A stretch of 64,000 bases of DNA, taken from NCBI GenBank assembly GCA_013265495.1, contig MU057711.1, positions 1,736,001 through 1,800,000 on the forward strand, read 5' to 3'. The notes beneath the pieces are model-generated. The model ran no database searches, was not told the origin of the DNA, and saw only the letters and a list, made by a program, of their open reading frames with translations. Both the position numbers and the translations under genes were made by a program. Shown piece after piece: positions 1 to 11,645 of the stretch. The stretch is from Vicugna vicugna (Eukaryota). The first letter of the stretch is position 1. Every line of letters starts with the position of its first letter.

Positions 1-789
1 CAGGGCCCAGCCTGCCCCATCGGAAGGGCTCCAGGTTGCTAGTTAGAATACCTCGCTCTGCTTTTAATCAATTGTAATCATTTAGCTGGAAGCGGCGTGA
101 TTAGGCACACACAGGCAAACCGCGTGAACTAATCCTCTAAATGTACCCGCTCCACGCCGGGCTGGCCGCTTTGCCGCTGCGGGCCCAGCTCAGGCAGCGC
201 TTCCTGCGGCCCCGGGCTTTGTCAATGAGGGAGCCGAGATTCCAGGGCACCAGGCCAGCCCGCCGCTCCCCGCAGCCCGGCCCCATCCTAGACAGTCCAG
301 CATCAGGAGACCTTTCCCTGCTCAGCCTCCTGTGACAGCACCCAGCAAAGCCGGGGAAGCAGGAAGCTGGCAGCACGCGGAAGCACAGGGGCTTCTGAGG
401 TCCCTGTCTCCACGACTGGACCCAGCGTCCTCTCCCCAAGCCTGGCCTGAGCTGAACTCACCCCCTTGCTCGTCGCAGGAAGGTTTGCAGGCTCCTGGCC
501 GTGAGCTCCAGTCTGGCAAACAGGGCCCGGGCCCCAGGGTGCTTCCGCCTGGGCCCACCTGCCAGCAGGTTCTTTTGCATCCCCTGTTCCTGCTATTTGT
601 GCTACCTGCTTGGCCCAACTACTAAAATAGTTTCTGGGTCCCCTGACACGGGGCTTTTTATAGTTCAGCACCGCAGGCCTCATTTAAATCTATTAGCTCA
701 TATAAATGGCAATTCATTTAAACTTTGGAGGGTTTCTGTTTGCCTTGGTGGCAAAGACAATTTGGCTTTGCGGGTGGCTCTGACATCTG

Positions 790-920
790 CTAGGGACCCT
801 GGGCAAATCACTTAACCTCTCTGAGTCTCAGTTTCCACATCTCTAAATGGGGATAAGAGTGTCTACTCCCCAGGACTGTGTTGAGACAATCCACGCAAAA
901 TGCTGAGAAAAGGCTCACAC
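790..920 (+). mobile_element. MIR SINE
   Basis: Core gggcaaatcacttaacctctctgagtctcagtttccacatctctaaatgggg. Confidence 0.85.
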
Positions 921-1584
921 GGGATCCACCCAGGGTGGCGGCTGTTACGACTTCCTGTCTAGTTTCGGGGGGGGGGTCCACCTTGAGTGTCTGGGAATCG
1001 GCACCCCGATCCCCCTACTGCCCCTGCATTCCCTCAGTGACAATGAAGAATGGGGCTGCGGCCGGGCTCTCAGGAAGGGGAGAAGGAAGAGCCGTCCCTG
1101 CCGTTGTCTGTGGGTACAGAGGTGTCCACGGGGATTCAGAGACAGCTGGGCTGGGCGGCAGAGCCTGCCCCTGCCCTCGGGTCAGCTAACCCCTGGCAAG
1201 GGGCCCACAGGGCCGCAGGCCTTCATCTGCTGAGGCCCGAGGCTGGAAATGCGAGGCCAACAGCCCTGCCGGTTGAGACCGGGGTTTACAGCGTTGTCTC
1301 CCATCCCCAACTAAATCTGCATACCTCCCTCCACTGAACCTGGGGCGCAGCTGGGGAAACAATGTCCAGGGAAAAGGCCCGGGCTAAAGGCACTTGGGAA
1401 CATGTAGAAAGGGGGACTAGAAGCCCTGCCTCCGGCCCCCACTGCATGCCCTTCCCCCCTTGCCTCAGTGCTCTGCACCCAGCTCCTCCCATGTCCCCGT
1501 GTGGACCTCTGGGGCCCGTGGCCTTGACATCCAGCTGGGTGCTATAGAAGGAGAGATTTAGAGTCTCCCTTTATTCCAACTTAG

Positions 1585-2000
1585 GCCAGAAATCATAAAA
1601 TCACAGCAAACCCCAAGTGGAGGGGACCCTAAAAAGTCATCTGACCCTCAAATGGCTAATACTAATAATATACTACCACTACTAATAACAACAATAATGC
1701 TAATAATAAGGTAATAGTAAATGATAATAACAGGTAGTTGTTAGTAATCACCAAGCTCCTCCTACGTGCCAGCCACTGTGCCAAGGGGTTTACAACACAA
1801 GTATGAGGGAGGAACTATTAATGCCCCCATTTTACAGATAAAGAGACCTGCAGATGATAAATGATGGAGCAAGGCTTCAGATGCAAAGCCACTCTTACAA
1901 AGACGGTGCTTCCTGCCTCCCCCTCTGCAGCATTTCAGACAAGCACTCTGTTTGCACACCTCAACTGACAGGGACCTCACCACCTTCCATTTCTTCCATT
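1585..2000 (-). mobile_element. L3/CR1 3' remnant interrupted by a (TAA)n tract and a minus-strand MIR (about 1740-1900)
   Basis: aaatcataaaatcac...ggggaccctaaaaagtcatctg and ctgtttgcacacctcaactgacagggacctcacc resemble CR1/L3. cccatttacagataaagagac is MIR core. Confidence 0.55.
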
Positions 2001-2859
2001 TGTAGACAGTTTCCCCAAATAGTAGACATCTGTAGTGTCTACCAGTCTCATGTTCCCCTTCCCCCGCTGGTTTGAATTGTGTGGCCCCATCTCGGGCCAT
2101 AGCTCATCGGAGCGGGGTCAGACAGCTGACCTGAGCTCAGCCATCAGATTTCCACTCCGGGGATCTAGAACCTGTTGCCTGCGCACTGGCTCTTAACCGC
2201 AGTCACCGTTTCCGGGCTAGCTGGGTGTTCCTTCTGGCTGCTTGTGAAACAAAATCCCCACACTAAATCCCCTTGGTTAAAATACGCAGGTATGCCTGTC
2301 TCAGCAGAATCGACAGGAGTCCCTGCGGTACCAGCCACCTCCCTCCACGTACAGAGGAGCTGCAGAGAGAACACTATGCAAGGCAGAAAGAGGCAGAGCG
2401 TCACTGCATTGATAAAGGGCACTTGGTTCCTGGGAATGGGACCACTGAAAATTCAATGGCACTTTCTGCTCTTGGCATCCAAAGCCATGCCTGTGTCCCT
2501 ATAATTTAATTTGCATCTTGCTAGAGCTCTCTCCAGAGAGTGATGCCTAAGTCGTAACCATCAGAGACCAAAATCTTGAGTTTCCACCCACTACCAGAAG
2601 TCTGGGGGCCACTGGAAGCAAGCTGAGAATCCCCTGGTCCCGACAGAGCTTGACACACTTGAAGATGACTGTCCCGCACTCCCACTGCAATCCATCCAAG
2701 TCTCCTCCTGGTGAAACAGCTCCCCAAAACCTCCTCGAAGCCAGGCTCGATGCCCACAGCCTAGCACGCTGCCTGGGCTGAGTGGGGCATGTGTGTTGCA
2801 TCGTGTGTATGTTTAGACGAACCTTGCTCAGGCTTCCGTAACTCTCCCCGCCTCCAACC

Positions 2860-3710
2860 CCTTCACCCCCACCTCCAGTCCCTGGCAAATATTGGTCTGT
2901 CTTCTATTCCAGTATTTTTGCCTTTTTCCAGAATGCCATGCACATAGAATCACACAGGATGGAGTGACTTGATTCTGGCTTCTTTGACTTGGCATTTACA
3001 ATTCACCCCTGTCGCTGCAGATAGCAGTAGCTGCATTTCATTGCTGAGGATGAGTCCACTGTATGAATGTACATCTGTCTATCCAACCACCAGGGAAGGG
3101 ACCATGGGGTGGCGGTTCCCATTTTGGGGCCATTATAAATAAAGCACTACGTCATTCATGTAGAGGTCTCCGTGTGAGCATGTTTTCAGTCCTCTGAGAT
3201 TAACACCCAGCAATAGGATGGCAAGGTCACAGGTTTACTGAACGTTTAACTTTGTAAGAAACGCACAAACTATTTTGCCACGTGGCTGTACCATTCTGCA
3301 TTCCCCCAGCAACGTAGGAGTATTCCAACTGCCCCTCCACACCCTGGCCGGCACTCGTGTCGCCGTTTTTTGGGTTTAATTTTAGTTATTCTACTAAGTG
3401 TACAGTGCGTGACATCGTGGTTTTCATTTGCTCTTTCCACATTACTAACGATATTGAACATTTGTACGATCTTCTTTGGTGAAGTGTCCAAATTTCTAGC
3501 TTGTTTCTTTTCTTTTCTTTTCTTTTCTTTCTTTCTTTCTTTTTTTTTTTTTTTTTTTTTTTTTGGTTGGTTTTTCCCCTTGTTTATGGAGTTGTGAGAG
3601 TTTTTTTTTCAATATGTTCTAGATACAAGTCCTTTATCAAATACATGATTTGCAAATATTTTCTCCCAGCCTGTGACTTTTCAGTTCTCTTAATAGTGTG
3701 TCTCAAAGAC
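2860..3710 (-). mobile_element. Old L1M (L1MC/ME-like) 3' region with internal T-rich simple repeat (about 3500-3563)
   Basis: ccacgtggctgtaccattctgcattcccccagcaacg and tgcaaatattttctcccagcctgtg are typical antisense L1 ORF2-end/3'UTR. Confidence 0.85.
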
Positions 3711-3729
3711 TAAACGTAAATGTTGGTTC

Positions 3730-4255
3730 AGGATGTAAATCATCCTGCTTGTTCCCTGCTTGTTTTCCCATCACAATGGGGATAAAACTCAAATGCCTTT
3801 GCTGTCCTACAAACCCTGTCATGACCTGGGCTCCATGCACCAGCCCCCTTCACACCCTCCCCCAACTCATTGCTTCAGCCACATGTCTCCTCCTGTTGTT
3901 CCAGCAACACACCTAGCTCACACTGGCCACAGGGCCTTTGCACTCATGACTCTCTTTCACACACTCTTTCCCTCTTACCTTCTAGGCATCAGCTCAAATG
4001 CCACCTCCTCAGAGAGGCCCTCCCTGACCATACTCACCAAGGTGTAACCAATCTTGCCCCCTATTACGCTCTAGCCTATGAACTGGTTTTATTCTCTTCA
4101 TGTCATTGACCACTATTGGAAACTGTCTATCAATCCCTCCTGAATGCAGGCCCTTGGGTGTTTCTTTGCCTCATTCACCACTGTCTTGTCAGGTCCTGGA
4201 TCCAGTGCCTGTACAAAATGGGCCCTCCGTATACATGCTTTAAACAAATGAATAG
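3730..4255 (+). mobile_element. L2 3' end
   Basis: cagggcctttgcac...cagctcaaatgccacctcctcagagaggccctccctgacc...aaatgaat. Confidence 0.85.
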
Positions 4256-6214
4256 CAACATTGTGTCCTTTCTCACACACCTGTTCAAATGCATCTTGGT
4301 TTGTCCTAAGTCCTTTAAATTAATCTCAGTCTTTGGGCAGAACCAGCTGAACTCAGAGTTAAACAGCACCTCCCTCTGTCTGGCAACTGTGCTCTTATTA
4401 ATGCATCCTAAGAGAACATTCCCTTTGGAGGCAGACCCATCACTCAGACCAGACCAAGCCTGCCAGAGCCTGATCCCATTTCTGTTACCTCTATATCCAC
4501 AGCAGGAATTCTGGTCTTACAGTGAGGACAATCCTAAATCTCATTCCTTCTCAAGACCTCTCAGCCCAGAGTCGCTTGTGCCCACAAATGTTAGCTTCCC
4601 CGATTCTCCCCGCAGGACCTACATGACACACAGCCGGGAGAGCCAGTCAAGACCCCAGCAAGGGCCAGGCTCTGTCTCCTGCTGCACCACCCAAGCCCCC
4701 GCATGTTACCCTGGGGGATAACCCACTTGCCGGCCAGCCCCAGGTTCAGCGTAATGATGATGAAATTTTCATTGCCTGAATAAACCTCCCCTCAGAAAAA
4801 CCAGAAAATTGCTCTTCAAGTTACTTAACGAAAGCCATTATTTGCATAGATTTGGCATTGCGACAACACTGCCACATTTAAATGGTCTGTAATTAAAATC
4901 ATTAATTGCAGAAAATAGTGACTCATGAAGACTATAATTTAGTGAGGTTCTCGGCATTTCAGGATCTGCCTTAAAGGTTGGCGGGGTGACCCAGGGAACC
5001 ACCAGCTCACGCAAACCACTCTGGTGTCTGGGACGTCTGCAGCCCCAGGTGGGTGGAGTTGAAAAGAGATCCAGTTTGAAACCGCAGCTCCCTAAACCCT
5101 TGCATCACAAGGTGAGCCTCCAGCACAGGGATGCCAACGAAGCTGGAAAAAGGTAGGATGGGAAATTTCTCTGGGAAAACCTCAAAGCCAGTGAGGAGGA
5201 GGGCAGTCATCCCTCTCCTGGTGTCTTGGACAATGCAGGGGGACCAGAGGGCTGAGCAAGTCCCAAGCTTAAGTAAATCCTAGTTTATACGAGCTAGTGT
5301 GTGTAAAGGAGGCTTGTGTGTTGGGCTATAAACAGCTTCCATTGTCTGGGGGCCTGGGGCCTATTTTGGTAGCTGGGCCAGGCAGGTAAGGTAGGTGGAG
5401 GTAGGGTGAGGTGTGCACAGACTGCACTTAGGAGGAAAGATGCATGGCTTATGCATGAGCAAGTTTTCCTGGATGGACGCCGATCAGGGCTGGCACCAGC
5501 CTCCTGAGTCAAATAAGAGCGGGGGCAGCTAGCTGTCCCCTCCAGGCCTCAGTACAGAGGTGCACATTCAGTTCGTGGAGCAATGGGGAGACAGCAGTGG
5601 GCCCTGGAGGGGGTCACTACCTTGCTGGTGGTCATCTGGAAGCAGAACCCCCTCTCTGGGCCTGGCTCTGTCCCACGCTGTGATGGGATGAAGGCTATGT
5701 GAGTGACACAAGGACTTAGAGGAACTCAGAGGGGCTGCCCAAAGGGTGGAAAGAAACAGGCTTCCCAGCTTTGCCTGCCCGGCCCTAGCATGGGGTCAGC
5801 CCGTGATTATGGGACCCTGTCAGATGGTGAATCACTCCTGTGCCCTCTGTGAGCTTGTTTTCATTTCCTCCAGGTGGCCACTGTCACCAGCCGTGCTGAC
5901 GGGCTGGGTCCAGGCCTGGCTGAGCGGACGGGCTGCAGCATAATGAGGCGGACCGCCCTACAACAGGCATGGCTGCGCCCCTTCAGCCCCGAAGAGGCCA
6001 CCACTGCTGCCCTCCAGGGACATTACAACTCTGCTGTGGCCACAGCCTCTTCTCCGAGGGGTTGCAAGTGCTGAGTGCAGCATCAGCCCCAGCAGGGCGG
6101 TGTGGGCAGGGTGCACAGGGTGGGCAGATACACCTGTGGGCGATGCTGTGCGCTAGTCCCTGGGGGCATGATGAAGCCAGGTCTCCTCTCCTCCCAGGCA
6201 CGGGGGCGGGTTCC

Positions 6215-6535
6215 CCTCCTCACCCCTTTGAAATTGGGCACAGCCACTTGACAGGCTCTGGCCAAGATGATGTGGGAGTGAGAAGTGGGTTATTTCTTCG
6301 GGTCAAGCTTTGAGAGCTGGTCTGTGGTCACCACCTCTTCTCCAACCTTGAGGACCATGCAAACATGAAAGGAGGTGGATCTGCCACAGGCCCAGGTCAC
6401 AGAGTGACTGTCCTGAGCAGAGTCCCTCCCCTGTCATATGCCTGGATATGTAACCTGAGCAACAAGTAAGTCTCTGTTATTTGAAGACAGCGATCTAGAG
6501 GATGTTTGTTACTGCAGCAAAACCTAATCTGCACC
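6215..6535 (+). mobile_element. MLT1 (MaLR) LTR, MLT1I/J-like
   Basis: cccctttgaaattgggcacagccacttgac...ggccaag and 3' end tgtttgttactgcagcaaaacctaa. Confidence 0.75.
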
Positions 6536-7443
6536 TCAACCACAAACGGTATTACTCTCAAGATGCGCTATTTTGGACTGTCTGTGTACGCGTGGTATTT
6601 CTGTGGAAGCCTGAGGATGCCTTCTTTTGGGATGTGCTGTTATGCTGTGTGTGTGTGCGTGTGTGTGGTGTTACTCTTTGAAAATGATGTTTCTGTTTGT
6701 ATGCATGAGAGTGTATATGTGATGCCATTGGACAGCGTATATGTGATTTTTCTGTTTGTGTGCAGCATGTCTGGGAGGGTTTGTTACTTCTCCAGCGTAC
6801 AAAAGTTTCTTGCAAAAACTGGTAGGTAAAAAGGTGATTTCACCTGGACACAGATCTTGGTCCTCAAACACAAGTTAACAGGCATGGAGAGGCCTCATGT
6901 GACACTGAGGCGAGTGGCTGCAGGTGCCCAGAGAGGCCCACCACAGCAGCTTCCCTTCCCCAGGACGCCCCAGCCACTGCAGGCCCCGGATGGGGGTCTG
7001 AGGAAGCTGTGGGGGCCGTGGTACTTCACCTGAGGGCCACATCAGCCTCAGGACCCCTGGCTGGCATCCCTTGCCCTGAGTTAGGTCCCAACCTAGCAGC
7101 CACTGCTCTCATTTTTCTGGCTTTCCTGGGCACATGGGAGGTTCCAAGATGCTAGACCCAGCTTCCAGCCACACACCACCCCAGGACTCAGCCACACAAG
7201 CCACACGGGGCCACCAGCTGTAGCTCCAAAGTTCAGTAGAAAACCATCATGTAATACAGGCGGGGAAACGGAATCCCCAAGGGGAAGGGACTTGACACAG
7301 AAACAGAACAAATGTAAGCCTTCTGACTCTGGCTCCAGGCTCGGTTGCTACAGTCTGGCTTTCTTGAGAGCACTGGGCCGGTGAGGCCAGAGGCCTCAGC
7401 CCACGCCAGCCAGCCAGGAGGGCAGCCACTGGTTCCAGGCTCA

Positions 7444-7728
<285 letters not shown>

Positions 7729-7884
7729 TCAGGGGCCAGACACTGGGGACACCAGCCCCGCCACCCAGAGCAGCTGCCTCACACCACTCCCAAGTAAGGA
7801 GCACCCAGGCATGGACACAGCGGCCAAACAGCAGGCTCTTGGGAACATGGTTGGCACCCACTAGAGAGGGCTTAGCCAGTGAAG

Positions 7885-8060
7885 ATGAGCTCTGCCACTT
7901 ACAGGCTGTGCAACTTTGGACGAGTCACTTAACCTCTCTGGATTTCATTTCCTCATCTGAAAAATGAGGATCAATAAAGTATATAGCTCACAGGGTGGCT
8001 GGAAAGATCAAATGGGTTAATACCTGCAAAATACTTAAATGATGGCCTGACATAATTAGC
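7885..8060 (+). mobile_element. MIR SINE
   Basis: ctctgccacttacaggctgtg...gtcacttaacctctctgg...tttcctcatctgaaaaatgagg. Confidence 0.88.
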
Positions 8061-8099
8061 CCAAGGAATGCCATCCTTGTCATCATCATCATCATCATC

Positions 8100-8270
8100 G
8101 TTTGCCAGATACCTTCCACGTGTGAGCTCCTTGAATACAGCACAGGCCTGTGAGGCAGGCACTGTAGTCATCCCCATTTTATGGAAGAGAAATCTTGGGC
8201 CCTGGGAATGCTAAGTGGCTTGTCCTGGGTCCCACTGCTAGCAGGTGGCAGAGCAGAGATTTGAATTAAA
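8100..8270 (-). mobile_element. MIR SINE
   Basis: ccccattttatggaagagaaa...aagtggcttgtcc...ggtggcagagcagagatttgaa. Confidence 0.8.
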
Positions 8271-8768
8271 TAAGCTTAGCACAGTGTCCGGTGCAGGAAG
8301 ATGCACTACAAATACAAATCGCTCTTCTTGCTGAGGTTGTCACCATCTCGGATCCCCCACAGGGGTCCCCATGTCCTGGATAGGCAGACGGGGCAGCTGA
8401 GGCCCCTTGGTGCCAGCCCTGACCCAGCCCGTGAAGTGTGATGGTAACAGATGGGTGGGGGCTCCAGAGATTGAGAGATTGAGGCGGGAGAAGCACCAGT
8501 GTGTTCCAAGACTCTTGGGAGCCCCAGAGGGCTGTGAGTGTACTGGGACTCTCCCCACAGCAAAGCCCGTTTCTTGGGTCTGTCATGGAGCAGGTCACAG
8601 CCTCAGCTTCCCGGTGGCAGGAGTCCACAAGGCGGTCCCGGCCCTGGGCGCACACAGGAGGTGGCCCCGAAGCAGCTGTGTGTCTGGGAGGTGAGCACTT
8701 CAGAGATCCCCTCCTGCCAGGCGCCCTCCCCAGGGTGGGCTTCCCGCCGTGGCAGACGACAGATGTCA

Positions 8769-9506
<738 letters not shown>

Positions 9507-9859
9507 TCAGGGACCCCGTCCTCCGGGCAGGAGCCCACGTGCCCCCAGTGCTCCCCAGGCCAGCCCCTCCCTGATCCCTGGTACCAGGGCTGGGGAGGCG
9601 GCCATGGATGCCAAGGCCAATCCCAGCTCCAGATGGTCCAGCCCCTGGAGGCTTATGGACCCCAGAGGGCCGGCCTCAAATATCTGGCTCTTGAAGGTGT
9701 CATTTGCTGTGATTTTTTTTTTTCTGATGTTCTAACAACCAGGTATGCAGGCCAGGATCTACAGCTCGACTCTAGACCATGTCACAGTGGAGAGGGGCCC
9801 AGGATGGGGTTGTCACGGAGAAGGGAGTCCAACCAGAATTTTTAAAAAAATCCAATAGA

Positions 9860-10245
9860 CTATTTTATTGAGCATGTACTGTGTGCCAGGCACTTTGAGC
9901 TGGGATTCTGCAGGGAGTTAAGCAGAAAATGTACTTGCCCGCATCCTAGTGGTGGAAGAGACAGATAATAAAGATGATCAACACAGGACTCAGTGTCAGG
10001 AGATGACAAGGGAACACGGGGAGCTCTGGAGGTGAGAATGGAAGGCAAAGCCCTGAAGTGGACATGTGCAGGGCCAGCTAGATGGTAGTGGCTTGGGGGA
10101 TGTGCAATACCACACGCTCAGGGGCCTGGGACAGTGTGGGACAGTGGGAACACTGGGATGCACATCACAAAGAGCCTTGCCACTGGAGGGCTTGGGGATT
10201 TTAGTCTAAGAGAGATAGGCAGCCACTGGAAGATATGGCAAAAAA
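9860..10245 (-). mobile_element. L2 fragment
   Basis: tttattgagcatgtactgtgtgccaggcact...aggcagccactggaag. Confidence 0.75.
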
Positions 10246-10767
10246 TCATAAAGTCTTCTTTTTAAAATTTTGAAACAGATGGCTTACCCGGCACTCATGG
10301 ACAATGGGCAGACACCCTGTGCTGCTTCCAGATCACGGCTCCATCTCCCCACCAGGGAGCTACTATGACCCCAAACCTTCACTCAAAGGGGCCCCAGGAA
10401 GAGAGTTTGCCCCGAGCACCTGCAGAGTCAAGGTCTGGCGCCCCTGCCCGGAATCAGCAGGGCAGAGTTCAGATCCTGGCTCCTGGATCCATGTCTCCGG
10501 CCATGTGGCCTGGGCATCAGTTTGTTCTCAGTAACTGAGGGCCACCTGAGTCCCTGCCTCACAGGGCTGTGAGAGGATGAAAGGGGTCGTACATGTGATC
10601 GGTGTGGCCCACGGGTCAGTGGGAGGTGGCAGGGAATTGCCCCAGCTTGAGTGTCCCATCATCCAGGGTGGGAACCTGGCTCTGCCACTCCCTGCAGGAT
10701 CTTGGGCAAGTTTTGTAATCTGTGTCTCAGTTTCCTCTTTTCTAAAATACTCAATAACAGCTTTCCT

Positions 10768-11645
10768 TACCACTACACACCCAGGAGAAGGGCCAAACTC
10801 CAGAACACTGACAACACCAAATGCTGGAGAGGATGTGGAGCAACGGGAACTGTCACTCACTGCTGGTGAGAATGCAAAACGGTACCACCACTTTGGAAGA
10901 CAGTTTGGCAGCTTCTTACGAAACTAAACATACTTTTACGCTATGATCTAGTAATCTCACTGCTTGTTATTTACCCAAAGGAGCTGAAAACTTATGTGCA
11001 CACAGAAACTTGTACCTGGATGTTTATATTAGCTTTATTAAAGATTGCCAAACCTTGGAAGCAACCAAGACATCTTTCAGTAGGTGAGTGGTTACATAAA
11101 CTGTGATACATCCAGACCATGAATATTATTCAGCGCCAAAAAGAAATGAGCTAACAAGCCATGGAAAGATATGGAGGAACCTTAAATGCGTATTACTAAG
11201 TGAAAGAAGTCAATCTGAAAATGCTACAGAGTGTAAGATTCCAACTAGTCTGGAAAAACTATGCGGATAATAAAAAGATCAGTAGTTACAGGGGGTGGGA
11301 GGGAGGGGGCAGGCAATGAATAGGCAGAGCACAGAGGACTTTTAGGGCAGTGCAAATACTCTGTATGATATTTCGAGGATGGGTACATGTCATTACACAT
11401 TTGCCCAAACCTACAGCATGTACGACACCAAGAGCCAACCCCAAGGAAAATTATGGACTTTGGGTGATTATGATGCTTTTTTAGGTTCATCTCTGCAAAA
11501 AAAAAAAGTACCATTCTGGTGAGTGATGTTGATAATGGGGAGGAAGGGGCATATGTGGGGCAGAGGATATCAGGAAAATCTGTATCTTCCACTACTTTAT
11601 CGTAAACCTAAAACTGCTCTTTAAAAAAGCCTTTTAAAAAAAGAT
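10768..11645 (+). mobile_element. L1MC1-like 3' end, inserted in a MIR (MIR halves about 10670-10767 and 11670-11790)
   Basis: ORF2 tail (caaatgctggagaggatgtggagcaacgggaact), then 3'UTR (cagagcacagaggacttttagggcagtg...aaacctaaaactgctct) and an A-rich end. Confidence 0.9.

Noticed and set aside
4116..4721. 201-aa ORF
   Set aside because: It starts in an L2 remnant with a non-ATG start and has no recognisable domain.
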